From Patescibacteria group bacterium (GTDB lineage: Bacteria > Patescibacteriota > Microgenomatia > JAMCZE01): a stretch of DNA of 64,000 bases. Below are positions 1 to 9,196 of the stretch, piece by piece (within the stretch, counting starts at the first letter, position 1; every line of letters begins with the position of its first letter). A program made the translations under genes and the position numbers. The notes below the pieces were generated by a model. That model did not search any database, was not told where the DNA came from, and saw nothing but the letters and a program-made list of their open reading frames with translations. Location: positions 1,358 to 65,357 of the forward strand of contig JAMCZE010000004.1 of the NCBI GenBank assembly GCA_023485845.1, in the 5' to 3' direction.

Positions 1-753
1 TCTTGAAATTGTGGTTAATATGTCTTTCATCAATATCCCCTTACCGGTTCCGATGTTGAATTGGTTGCAACCGGCTAGATCGACGACTGCAAGGTGGGCC
101 AGGGCAATGTCTTCAACAAAGACATAGTCTCTTAGTTGATTACCGCCCCAGTATAAACGGATGGGGTCGTTGTTAATGATTGATTTAATCCAAAGGGGAA
201 CCGCTCTGGTTACCGGCTGTTGCTCGTCATTTGGACCATATGCATTGAAGTATCTTAGGGAAGTGCTATTAATACAGAAACTATGAAAGTAAGCGCTGAG
301 AGCAGCCTCGGCAGCTAGCTTAGAAGCTCCATATGGTTGCAGGGGGTTTTTCGGGGCTTCTTCCGAAATCGGGACCAATGCCGGCTCGCCGTAGACTGCT
401 GCCGATGATGAATTGACAATGTGCTTTACGCCGAGTTTTTTCATCGTTTCCAGAACGTTGATCAGGCCCATGACGTTTGTTTCAAAAAATCGCTTAGGTT
501 GTTGTAGTGAATATTTGATGATACTTTCGGCTGCAAAGTGAAAGACGGCGTCGGCCCCTTTCATGGCTCGACTAACATCACGTGGATTTCTGATGTCCCC
601 CAAAACAAACCTTGCTCTCGCATCGACGAAGCCCTTATGGCCATATGAAAGATTATCAAGCACCGTCACCGAAAAGTTATGATCACAAAGGAGCCTGACT
701 GTGTTCGACCCGATAAACCCGGCTCCGCCGGTAACTAAAATTTTTTGTTTCAT
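1..753 (-). CDS. NAD-dependent epimerase/dehydratase (UDP-glucose 4-epimerase-like), C-terminus beyond window edge
   Basis: Reverse-strand ORF starting at ATG (cat at 751-753). Translation begins MKQKILVTGGAGFIGS (Rossmann GxGxxG) and continues with a GalE-like short-chain epimerase core (YGASK catalytic motif). Not in the six-frame track because it runs off the window. Confidence 0.8.
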   Translation of the reverse strand, partial: MKQKILVTGGAGFIGSNTVRLLCDHNFSVTVLDNLSYGHKGFVDARARFVLGDIRNPRDVSRAMKGADAVFHFAAESIIKYSLQQPKRFFETNVMGLINVLETMKKLGVKHIVNSSSAAVYGEPALVPISEEAPKNPLQPYGASKLAAEAALSAYFHSFCINSTSLRYFNAYGPNDEQQPVTRAVPLWIKSIINNDPIRLYWGGNQLRDYVFVEDIALAHLAVVDLAGCNQFNIGTGKGILMKDILTTISR

Positions 754-785
754 TGGCCATTATTCTATTATAATTAGTCCGACGA
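754..785. promoter_or_regulatory. Short divergent intergenic region with TATAAT-like element (tattataat) between the epimerase (-) and the first GT4 gene (+)
   Basis: 32-nt AT-rich spacer between divergent starts; contains TATAAT 16 nt upstream of the + strand ATG. Confidence 0.25.
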
Positions 786-1292
786 ATGAATATCCTAATT
801 GTCACTCCGATTTTTTTGCCGGAAGCCAGAGGGCCTGCGCTTTATTGTTATAAGTTGTGCCAAAGGATAGATTCTAAAGTAATTACTTTTACGCAAGCCC
901 CCACCAACATAAAAAATGTTCCTATTTATTCAGTGCCGACCAATGGGGGACCGGTGGCCAGGCAGTGGCGGCTGGCAAGAGCGGTTTGGCATGAAGCTAG
1001 GGATTGCGATGTGATTTATGCCCAAGGGGCGGATGTGGTGGGGCTGGTGTCGGTGCTAGTTGGCAAAATTCTTAAGAAACCGACTGTGGTTAAATTCGTC
1101 GGCGATTTGCCGGCTGAAATAAGACGAGACTTTGGGCGAATGGCCCCATTGGAAACAGTGGCAACCTGGCTTTGTTTGCACTTAACCGACAAAATTATTT
1201 TCCCGGCCAAACATTTGCAGGAGGCGATTGTTAGAAAGTATCTGATTCCAAAATCTAAAACTGTTGTTATTTATAATGCTGTTGATGATTAA
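786..1292 (+). CDS. GT4 glycosyltransferase, N-terminal domain fragment (frameshifted gene)
   Basis: MNILIVTPIF...VVIYNAVDD then stop; typical GT4 N-domain ending at the NGVD-like motif. Confidence 0.6.
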   Translation: MNILIVTPIFLPEARGPALYCYKLCQRIDSKVITFTQAPTNIKNVPIYSVPTNGGPVARQWRLARAVWHEARDCDVIYAQGADVVGLVSVLVGKILKKPTVVKFVGDLPAEIRRDFGRMAPLETVATWLCLHLTDKIIFPAKHLQEAIVRKYLIPKSKTVVIYNAVDD

Positions 1293-1824
1293 AGTTTGCG
1301 CCGGATTTTCCGAGCTGCTGCCGGTGAAAAATGTCGCCGGGGTTATTAATGCCTGCCGGAAGCTAGATGTGAAGTTGTGGATTGTTGGCGCCGGTGGAGA
1401 AGAGAGTCGGCTAAAGAGAATTGCCGGGAAAAATGTCAAGTTTTATGGCCGGGTTCCCAATGCCGCAGTCAGAAAGATAATGGGGAATTCTGATATTTTT
1501 GTTTTGAATTCCCTGCACGAAGGCATGCCGCACGCTCTTTTGGAGGCTTTGGCGGAGAAGGTGCCGGTTGTTGCCACTAAAATTCCGGCGGTGACGGAAA
1601 TTTTGACGGATGGAGAGACAGGGCTGCTGGTGGGACTGGGCAGCGACCAACAATTAACGGCGGCGATCAAACGCCTGGCCGGCGACCAGGCCCTGCGAAA
1701 GAAGTTAGCGGAAAATGGCCGAAAACTTTTTGAACAGAAGTTCACCTGGGCAAGCCATCTTCAGCAGCTATATAATGTTTTCGATGAAGCGGTTAATCGT
1801 TCTGTTGGCGGCAGTTCTTCTTAA
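1276..1824 (+). CDS. GT4/GT1 glycosyltransferase, C-terminal domain fragment (continues 786..1292 in +1 frame)
   Basis: Frame +1 ORF carries the GT1 C-domain motifs (LWIVGAGGE...VKFYGRV...DIFVLNSLHEGMPHALLEALA...PVVAT). It overlaps the end of the N-terminal fragment. Confidence 0.6.
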   Translation: MLLMIKVCAGFSELLPVKNVAGVINACRKLDVKLWIVGAGGEESRLKRIAGKNVKFYGRVPNAAVRKIMGNSDIFVLNSLHEGMPHALLEALAEKVPVVATKIPAVTEILTDGETGLLVGLGSDQQLTAAIKRLAGDQALRKKLAENGRKLFEQKFTWASHLQQLYNVFDEAVNRSVGGSSS

Positions 1825-3073
1825 AAGCCTGGTTTGGATGGCAGTAGTGCCTATCTGGCAGGCTCCGGACGAACAAGCACACTTTGCTCAATTGGAATAC
1901 ATGACAGAGAACAAAACTTTAAGTGTTCCCTCGCTTGACAATCTCTCCAAGGAAATTGCTGTTTCTGAACAGATTTTGGGGACTTTCCGGGATCAATTTG
2001 GCAATAATCAATACACTTATCATCCGGACTACAAAAATCATTCTTTAATTCCAGTGATGCCCATCTCCTGGCGGACAACCTATGTTGGTCGGGAAGCCGC
2101 CGGTTACCCGCCGTTGTATTACCAATTAGCCGAACCCTTTTATAACGCAGTCTACAGCCACAATCTGGTGGATCGGGTGATGGCGGCCAGGATCGTGTCA
2201 GTGATTTGCGTCGTGATTCTAGCAGCGGTGGCCTATCAGATTGGGGGTCTGGTTTTGGCAGTTTTGGTCAGTTTCCAGCCGATGATTTCCTTTGTGGCGG
2301 CCGGTGTTCATCCTGATAATCTGCTTAATTTGCTTTGCTCGTTGGCGATCTGGATGTGCCTTCTAATTTTAAAAAATGGCTTAAGGTGGAAGTATTTGGC
2401 TTTTCTGGCTCTCTCGGTTTTTCTGGCTTGGGAGACAAAGATCTTAATTGTGTTTATGCTACCTGTAATGGGAGCGGTGATTGCCTATAAACTTTTTCGG
2501 GAAACAAAACTGGCCATTTTCTTGGCGACTTTATGTTTGATTGTCCCGGTGGGTGCTTTTGTTTGGCAGTGGACGATTCCCTATATGCCGGTGGTCACCG
2601 TTGCCAGCCCTTTGGCAGGCATGAATTTTGTGGACTACATGAAATTTCGCGGTCCGAAATTGCTGTTTGAAATGTGGCCCTGGTATTGGGGCGTTTTCAA
2701 ATGGCTAGGAGTGACTTTGCCACCATTAGTAATGAAAGTGATCACACGGATTGCTATTCTAGGAGTAATCGGCTTGGGAGTTAGGTTAGTGATAGATAAA
2801 AATAAAAAAATTCTTATCTTCTTTATTCTTGCTTCTAGTTCCTATCTCCTTTATCTCGTTTTGTGGGATTGGCGCCTCATGCAGGCGATCGGCTTTTCCC
2901 AAGGACTCCAGGGCCGTTATCTTTTCCCCAATATCATCCCGCAGATGGCCTTGCTTCTGGCCGGATTAACCGTGTTTAAGCGCTTTGAGAAGCAAATTAG
3001 CACTCTGTTAGTTGTGGGGATGGTCGCCTTGAACATGGTTGCTCTTTACACAGTGTTCCAGAGTTATCATTAA
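1775..3073 (+). CDS. Polytopic membrane protein, DUF2142-like putative GT-C glycosyltransferase
   Basis: Many predicted TM helices. N-terminal signal-anchor MFSMKRLIVLLAAVLL followed by a WQAPDEQAHF motif. Start chosen at the first in-frame ATG before the TM helix; it overlaps the upstream GT4 stop. Confidence 0.55.
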   Translation: MFSMKRLIVLLAAVLLKSLVWMAVVPIWQAPDEQAHFAQLEYMTENKTLSVPSLDNLSKEIAVSEQILGTFRDQFGNNQYTYHPDYKNHSLIPVMPISWRTTYVGREAAGYPPLYYQLAEPFYNAVYSHNLVDRVMAARIVSVICVVILAAVAYQIGGLVLAVLVSFQPMISFVAAGVHPDNLLNLLCSLAIWMCLLILKNGLRWKYLAFLALSVFLAWETKILIVFMLPVMGAVIAYKLFRETKLAIFLATLCLIVPVGAFVWQWTIPYMPVVTVASPLAGMNFVDYMKFRGPKLLFEMWPWYWGVFKWLGVTLPPLVMKVITRIAILGVIGLGVRLVIDKNKKILIFFILASSSYLLYLVLWDWRLMQAIGFSQGLQGRYLFPNIIPQMALLLAGLTVFKRFEKQISTLLVVGMVALNMVALYTVFQSYH

Positions 3074-3074
3074 T

Positions 3075-4607
3075 ATGAAATCGCACCTTTTTCAACTTCT
3101 GCTGGTTCTTCTGGCACTTACCCTGCCGACAATCGGAACCTATTATTTTGGATCCAATGGCATGTATGAATGCCACGATTCTATTATGAGTCCGGTGCGG
3201 CTCTATCATCTTGGAGAGGCTTTGAAACTGGGAATAGTGATGCCTAATTGGCTGCCGACCCTGGCCTCGGGGTTTGGCTCGCCGATTTTTCTTTTCTCCT
3301 GGTTTCTGCCCTATTATTTGGGTGTCCCTCTCCACATGTTGGGCCTAAGTTTGCTGGATGCCACGAAGGTTCTTTTTCTTTTGTCCTGGCTAGCTTCCGG
3401 CGTGGCCATCTATCTGCTGGCAAGAAGATTAACCAGTCATTGGTCGGCGCTGGCGGCCGTTGGCTTTTATCTGCTGGCTCCGTTTCACCTTAATGCCACC
3501 TTTACCCGCTGCAGTTTGGGCGAATCTTGGGCGCTGGTCCTGGTGCCATTGATATTTTTCTTCTTACTTTCCAAAACCCGACGGGCCTTCTTTCTGGCAG
3601 TTTTATCATTGTCTGCCCTGGCCTTGACTCATAACCTTGATTTTATTTTTACTTTGGGCCTGTTGGGTTTGTGGGCAATCTTCTCCCCGGACAGGAAAAG
3701 AGTTATTGTGGTGGCTTTGTTTTCTCTAGGCCTGTCCTGTTTTTTCTGGTTGCCAGCTCTGGCAGAACAGTCCTATCTGCACTATCCCTATTTAGTTAAA
3801 GGAACCTTCCTGCACCAATTTCCGACTTTGTCGGCGCTTTTTAATTCTCCCTGGCAATATGGACCGCCCCTTCCCGAAGACCAAATTCACTCATTATCCT
3901 TTCAATTGGGAAAAATTCACTGGCTAATTATTGCGACGATTCCCCTGATACTTTGGCGCGTCAGAAAGAAAGTGGTCGTTTTTTTGGCTGGTGCTCTTGG
4001 TCTGTCAATTTTTCTCCAATTAAAAATCAGTCTGCCGGTTTGGGATGCCATCCAGGCAATGCAAATTATTGTTTTTCCCTGGCGGCTGCAGTTGGTGACG
4101 ATCTTTGCCGTGGCTCTGTTGGCAGCGTTCCTAGTGAATATTTTGCCCCGACAAAAAATTTTCCTGTTAATTTTTTTGGCTCTTTTGTTGATTGCCAACC
4201 GAAATCATTTTTATCTGCCATTAGGGGATTATGGAGCGGATTCGTATATTGCCCATCTGGATCATGATGGCAGTTCTTGGGGAGAGTATCTGCCGCTTTG
4301 GGTGCCATTGGGCCAGCCTCGAGAGAAAGCTGCTTTGGTGCCGGAATTTTTTCAAGCCGATAAGGCGATGGCGGTGACCGTTGACCGTTATTATTTCCCC
4401 GGCTGGAGAGGTTATCTTGATGGCAAGGAAATTGTCCTTTGGCCAAGCGAGGGAAAAATAACTTTCTGGCTGCCCCCAGGTCAACACCGGCTGACACTGG
4501 TGTTTGGGCAGACGCCGATCCGACAATTGACCACTTTAATTTCCGCTGTTTTCGCTTTATGTTTAATAGGGCTATGGGCAAAAAAATCTCGGCCGTTGGC
4601 ACGGTAA
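3075..4607 (+). CDS. Polytopic membrane protein, putative GT-C family glycosyltransferase
   Basis: ATG 2 nt after the upstream stop; about 12 hydrophobic helices; C-terminal soluble domain. Confidence 0.6.
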   Translation: MKSHLFQLLLVLLALTLPTIGTYYFGSNGMYECHDSIMSPVRLYHLGEALKLGIVMPNWLPTLASGFGSPIFLFSWFLPYYLGVPLHMLGLSLLDATKVLFLLSWLASGVAIYLLARRLTSHWSALAAVGFYLLAPFHLNATFTRCSLGESWALVLVPLIFFFLLSKTRRAFFLAVLSLSALALTHNLDFIFTLGLLGLWAIFSPDRKRVIVVALFSLGLSCFFWLPALAEQSYLHYPYLVKGTFLHQFPTLSALFNSPWQYGPPLPEDQIHSLSFQLGKIHWLIIATIPLILWRVRKKVVVFLAGALGLSIFLQLKISLPVWDAIQAMQIIVFPWRLQLVTIFAVALLAAFLVNILPRQKIFLLIFLALLLIANRNHFYLPLGDYGADSYIAHLDHDGSSWGEYLPLWVPLGQPREKAALVPEFFQADKAMAVTVDRYYFPGWRGYLDGKEIVLWPSEGKITFWLPPGQHRLTLVFGQTPIRQLTTLISAVFALCLIGLWAKKSRPLAR

Positions 4608-5989
4608 TTATCATTTCCATTTTCTTCCGGTTTTTCCGTTTTCCACAGCTGTTTCATTGGACGATGGATGAGGATTTTTGGAGTTATCTGCCGCAAAACA
4701 TCGCCACCGGCTATCATTTCCCGGCGATCGGTGGCCACATCGGCGGCACCGGCCTCTATTCCGGCCCGACGTTTATCTATTTGATGGCCATCCCCGCTAA
4801 AATTTTTTCTGGTAACCCCTTGGGGTTTGGAATTTTGGTGGCGGCGATCGGAGTGTTGACGGCCTATCTAATGTATCTGGTGGGGCGCAGAATGTTTGGT
4901 CTGGCGGTGGGCCTGCTGGCCTCGTTTTTATACTCTTCCTCTTTTCTGATGGCCATTTTTGACCGGCACTATTGGAATGCCTCCCTGACTCCTATCCTGT
5001 CTCTGTTAACTATCTGGTTCGTTTGGGAAGTCCACCAGAAACGTCTCAAATTCGTTATCCCTTTGGCCCTGGAATTGGTGCTGGCCTTTCATGCCCACGG
5101 AACGGGGATGGCACTGCTTATTTTCACTGCCTTGGCCTGGATTTTTTTCCGATTGCCGGTTCGGAGTCGTTGGGTGGCGGCGGGAGTGGGAATCTTTCTC
5201 TTGTTTCAATTGCCGCTGGTTTTCTTTGACGTCCGGCATGACTGGCAAAACACTCGGGCCCTGGCTTCCTATCTGACCACCAGCAAAGGAGGAACGGTGC
5301 CGCTGACTGCCCGAGTGGGGAATGTGGCCCAGGGTTTTGTCTCTGCCGGTTCCCGGCTGGTCTATTTTCCCGCCAAAGACCTGGCCATTGAACAAACGCT
5401 GGGATTGGCTCCCCAATATGCCGCCCTTAAGGGCCAGGCGCCCCTTTGGGCCAGCGCCTTTTTTGCTGTGGCTTTGCTGGCCGCTTTCTTTCTCCCACAA
5501 GCCAGAATGATGCTTCTTTTGGTTGGCTCAACTTTGGTCGGGCTGTTGATTTATAAAGAAAAGATTCCGGAGTATTTTTTTAGTCCCACGTTTGTCCCGT
5601 TATTTTTTATCTTTGCCCTCTTTTTAAAACGGATCGCCCGGCCGTTAACTGTTTTATTTCTTATAATATTTTTCTGCCTTAATCTAAATAATTTGCTGAC
5701 AGTCAAACACACTTTTGGCTATCCCACCCGGCTGGCGGCGGTGCAGGAAGCAATCGCGCAAGTGGGGAATAAACCCTTTGTCCTGGAGGCTAAGTGCGCC
5801 GGCTTTTGCCAGCTGTATGGCTTTCGCTATCTGTTCACCTATTTGCACCACGAACCGGTGGCTTCTTATGTTGACTCCACTTTTCTTTGGCTCTATCAGG
5901 ACCGGTTGCCAAAAGTTGCCCCGCAAAAAAAAGTTCTGTTGAATATGGCTGATGGCAAGGTCAATGTTTATGTTTCTGATTATCGCTAG
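4574..5989 (+). CDS. ArnT/PMT-like (GT39/GT83-type) membrane glycosyltransferase
   Basis: Hydrophobic N-terminus, loop with HFPAIGGHIGG...FIYLMAIP, many TM helices; start at internal ATG (MGKKISAVG) overlapping the upstream gene end. Confidence 0.6.
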   Translation: MGKKISAVGTVIIISIFFRFFRFPQLFHWTMDEDFWSYLPQNIATGYHFPAIGGHIGGTGLYSGPTFIYLMAIPAKIFSGNPLGFGILVAAIGVLTAYLMYLVGRRMFGLAVGLLASFLYSSSFLMAIFDRHYWNASLTPILSLLTIWFVWEVHQKRLKFVIPLALELVLAFHAHGTGMALLIFTALAWIFFRLPVRSRWVAAGVGIFLLFQLPLVFFDVRHDWQNTRALASYLTTSKGGTVPLTARVGNVAQGFVSAGSRLVYFPAKDLAIEQTLGLAPQYAALKGQAPLWASAFFAVALLAAFFLPQARMMLLLVGSTLVGLLIYKEKIPEYFFSPTFVPLFFIFALFLKRIARPLTVLFLIIFFCLNLNNLLTVKHTFGYPTRLAAVQEAIAQVGNKPFVLEAKCAGFCQLYGFRYLFTYLHHEPVASYVDSTFLWLYQDRLPKVAPQKKVLLNMADGKVNVYVSDYR

Positions 5990-7259
5990 CGTTATCTATT
6001 TCATTTCCCGCGGCTGGAATCTGCTGTCCCTGCCGGTGTTTATCGATGAGGCCATATATCTGCGCTGGGCCCAGGACATTATTCATCATGGTTTAATTTG
6101 GGTGTCTTTTTCCGATGGCAAAGAGCCGCTGTTTATCTGGGTGTTGGCGCTTTTTTCCAAATTTATTGCCGACCCGCTTTTGGCCGGGCGGCTGGTGAAT
6201 GTGGTCTCCGGCTGGGGGTTGATGATGGGTGTTTATCTGCTGGCAAAACGATTGCTTAACCAAAAGGCGGCCATTCTGGCGGTGATTCTATATCTCACCA
6301 GCCCGTTTATTCTGTTCTATAACCGGATTGCCTTGCTGGATAATTTTCTGGTTTTTCTGGGGTGCTTTTATTTGCTTTTCCTGGTCAAAAAAAAGCATTT
6401 TTTGGCCGGGGTGTTTCTCGGTCTGGCTCTGATCACCAAGACTAATGCCTTCATTTTTCTGATCGCCCTGCCGTTTTTTTGGCCGGCGCCATCGTTCTTT
6501 CTCGGGCTGGGGCTGGTCTATCTGCCGGTGTTTTTTGCCCCGGGCTACCACAATGTTTTTTCTAAGGACCAAAGTGTTTTCCTGGCATTTTCTCCGGGAC
6601 TCTTCTGGCCGAATTTTAAGATGAGTTTGCGCGACTGGTGGCTTATCTATTTCGGAGCGATTCCTCTTTTGGCGGCCCTTTTGGGCAGTGTCCAGTCGGT
6701 TTTTTTGGCGGCCCTGCTTTTTGGGCCCTGGCTGGTGGAGGCGGCCGTCGGCAAGATTTTCTTTCCTCGCTACCTATTGTTTATGGCCATCCCCGTTTTT
6801 CTTCTGGCGGCCAATTTCCTCCAGCGGCTGCCGCGAAAATTATTAATTGTGTTTTTTCTAATCGCCGTTGCCCAACCGCTGGTTTTATCCAGCTGGATTT
6901 TAAAAGATGTTGCCAGTGCGCCGATTCCGGTGGTGGAGCGGTGGCAATATCTGGAAGGCTGGCCGGCCGGCTATGGCAGTGACCAGCTGGTTAGCTTCCT
7001 GCAGATAAAAGCGAAACAAAAGTCCATCATTGTTGTCACGGAAGAGTTTGGCTTGAATGAAATTCTAAAACTTAAATTTTATGATGATAAAAACGTCACC
7101 GTTAAAACTTTTTCCGGCCTTAACGACCCGATTGCCGGGGACTATCTGGCGCTGACCTACTATTCTCAACCGTCGCCGATCTGGCCGGTGCGGGAAATCG
7201 GCAGCGTCTGTAAGGTACAATGTAAGAATACCATTCGCCTTTATGAAATTACGCGCTAG
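5952..7259 (+). CDS. ArnT/PMT_2-like membrane glycosyltransferase
   Basis: FIDEAIYLRWAQD (DE motif in first periplasmic loop, as in the GT39/83 ArnT family), multiple TM helices. Confidence 0.65.
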   Translation: MARSMFMFLIIASVIYFISRGWNLLSLPVFIDEAIYLRWAQDIIHHGLIWVSFSDGKEPLFIWVLALFSKFIADPLLAGRLVNVVSGWGLMMGVYLLAKRLLNQKAAILAVILYLTSPFILFYNRIALLDNFLVFLGCFYLLFLVKKKHFLAGVFLGLALITKTNAFIFLIALPFFWPAPSFFLGLGLVYLPVFFAPGYHNVFSKDQSVFLAFSPGLFWPNFKMSLRDWWLIYFGAIPLLAALLGSVQSVFLAALLFGPWLVEAAVGKIFFPRYLLFMAIPVFLLAANFLQRLPRKLLIVFFLIAVAQPLVLSSWILKDVASAPIPVVERWQYLEGWPAGYGSDQLVSFLQIKAKQKSIIVVTEEFGLNEILKLKFYDDKNVTVKTFSGLNDPIAGDYLALTYYSQPSPIWPVREIGSVCKVQCKNTIRLYEITR

Positions 7260-8451
7260 TTGGTGGCAAAGCGGCCTTATGGGAACGGGGACTGTGGTCA
7301 ATTCCCTGCTGGGGTTGGGGTTTTATGTCCTGGTGGCCCGGGGACTGGGAGTGGCCGCCTTTGGTTATTTCTCTTTCCTGCTTGGCCTGGGGATGTTGGC
7401 CTCGGAACTGGGGGACTTAGGCGTTTCCAGTGCCCTGGTGCGTTTTGGCGCCAGGGCAAAGTTTCCGGCGGCATTTTCCCTGGCCACGGCCCAGCGGCTG
7501 ACGGTGAGTTTAGCTATTATTTTGATTTTTCTTGTCGCCTCGATGGTTTTTGACCATCGGTTAATTTACAGCGCCGCGGTGGCGGTCACCCTGTTGTTAG
7601 TCAACCTGATCACCCAGTCCTTTATCGCCCAGGAAAAATATCCCTGGTTTGTGGCGGTGAACATCGGCGGCAACACTGCCCGGTTAGCCTTAACGGCCTG
7701 GTTGATGTTTGCCGCACTGTTGACTCCCACCTCGGCCTTGGTGGTTTTCTGCCTGGGAGGAGCCTTTTCATTTTTGCCGGGTTTAGCTTGGCTGGTGGTT
7801 TGCTACCGCCGGAAACTTTTCGATCTATCCGGGGCCAAAGCCCAACTGTTGGACTTTTTCCACTTTTCCAAGTGGCTGGCGGCTTCTTTCGGGGTGGTGT
7901 CCCTGTCTTCCCGGCTGGACATCCCCATTGTTTTTGCCTTGGCCGGGCCGGCGGCGGCGGGAATCTATTCTTCCGCCCAAAAATTAACGTCCTTTTTGCC
8001 GCAAATCAGCGCTAACCTGGAGGGCGTTTTTGCTCCCAAGTTCGCCAATGCCACCGCCTTCAAGCGCGATTTTCGCGATTTTTTGGTGGTCTCCGTTCTA
8101 ATTTCCCTGGGCCTTTTGGCAGCGATTTTTCTGGCCCCGTTACTGATCACCCTGGTTTTTGGGGCATCCTATCAAGCGTCAATTCCCATTTTCCAACTGC
8201 TGCTGGTGGGATTGGCCGTTTTTTTCCTGTTTGGCCCGGCCAACAGCGCCGTAGTCTACCGGTTTTCCCGGCCGAATTTTCATCTTATTGGTTCCGTTAT
8301 CCAGCTGATCGTCTCCCTAGCACTCTATTTTGCCTTGGTGCCGTCGTTAGGAGCCGCCGGAGCGGCTCTGGCAGCAATCGCTTCTAACATCGCCGCGTTG
8401 ATTTTCTTCTGGACGCTGTTTTTGCGCCTTTCCCAGTCCTATGAACCATAA
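7243..8451 (+). CDS. Polysaccharide biosynthesis protein / Wzx-type oligosaccharide flippase (MOP superfamily)
   Basis: 402 aa, about 12 TM helices, with the N-terminal pattern typical of Wzx flippases (VNSLLGLGFYVLVARGLG...FGYFSF). Confidence 0.7.
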   Translation: MKLRASWWQSGLMGTGTVVNSLLGLGFYVLVARGLGVAAFGYFSFLLGLGMLASELGDLGVSSALVRFGARAKFPAAFSLATAQRLTVSLAIILIFLVASMVFDHRLIYSAAVAVTLLLVNLITQSFIAQEKYPWFVAVNIGGNTARLALTAWLMFAALLTPTSALVVFCLGGAFSFLPGLAWLVVCYRRKLFDLSGAKAQLLDFFHFSKWLAASFGVVSLSSRLDIPIVFALAGPAAAGIYSSAQKLTSFLPQISANLEGVFAPKFANATAFKRDFRDFLVVSVLISLGLLAAIFLAPLLITLVFGASYQASIPIFQLLLVGLAVFFLFGPANSAVVYRFSRPNFHLIGSVIQLIVSLALYFALVPSLGAAGAALAAIASNIAALIFFWTLFLRLSQSYEP

Positions 8452-9196
8452 ACCCACCGTTACCGGCCACTGTCTGGTTAAAAATGAGGACCGGTTTGTC
8501 TGGTTTGCGATTAACTCCGTTTTGCCCTATTTGGACAAGCTTTTAATTTATGACACCGGCTCGGTGGACCGGACGGTGGAAATTATTAAATCCATAAACA
8601 GCCCTAAGATTATTTTTGAAGAGAAGGGGGCGGTGACAGCCGAAGGAATCGTCAAATTGCGCAATGAAATGATTGCCAGAACCAAAACGGACTGGTTCTT
8701 TCTGCTTGACGGTGACGAGGTTTGGAACTTCGGGCAGATAAAAGACTACCTGGATTTCACCCTGGGGCAGCCAAAAAACATATTGGCCACTTTTTTGCAC
8801 ACGCGAAATTGTGCTGGGGATGTTTATCATTATCGTGACGAGTCGTCCGGCCGGTATGAAATTGCCGGCCGACGGGGACACTTAAACATCCGCGCCTATC
8901 GCCAAAGCGTCCGCTGGCAGGGTGTTTATCCGCTGGAGTGGGCGGTGGATTCTGCTGACCAAAAAGCCCTGGCGTTTTTTGCCGGCTATTATTGGCACCT
9001 GACCCATCTGCGCCGTTCCTCGGTTCCGGCCCCGACGATGGGTTTTCGCAAGCATATCTATGACTTCGGGATTGCCGCCGATCCGAAGAATTTGCCGGAA
9101 GTTTTTGCCAATCATCCTCAACCCCGGCGAGGTTTTTCTTATCTGGCAATTGCCCTTTTGGAAACGCCGCTGAAAAAAATCAAGAGAAAGTTATGA
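8441..9196 (+). CDS. GT2 family glycosyltransferase (small, soluble)
   Basis: YDTGSVDRT (DxD-type motif) and LLDGDE; 251 aa. Confidence 0.7.
   Translation: MNHKPTVTGHCLVKNEDRFVWFAINSVLPYLDKLLIYDTGSVDRTVEIIKSINSPKIIFEEKGAVTAEGIVKLRNEMIARTKTDWFFLLDGDEVWNFGQIKDYLDFTLGQPKNILATFLHTRNCAGDVYHYRDESSGRYEIAGRRGHLNIRAYRQSVRWQGVYPLEWAVDSADQKALAFFAGYYWHLTHLRRSSVPAPTMGFRKHIYDFGIAADPKNLPEVFANHPQPRRGFSYLAIALLETPLKKIKRKL

Noticed and set aside
1016-1745. Minus-strand and alternative-frame ORFs (e.g. 1016..1210, 1182..1439, 1411..1653, 1443..1745) overlapping the GT4 gene
   Set aside because: They lie entirely inside a well-supported + strand glycosyltransferase with clear domain motifs and have no motifs or low-complexity translations. 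They are typical shadow ORFs.
4066-5500. Long antisense ORFs (4066..4620 -, 5006..5500 -) with Gly/Pro/Ser/Arg-rich translations
   Set aside because: They overlap TM-rich sense genes; their composition reflects the reverse complement of hydrophobic codons and is not real coding.
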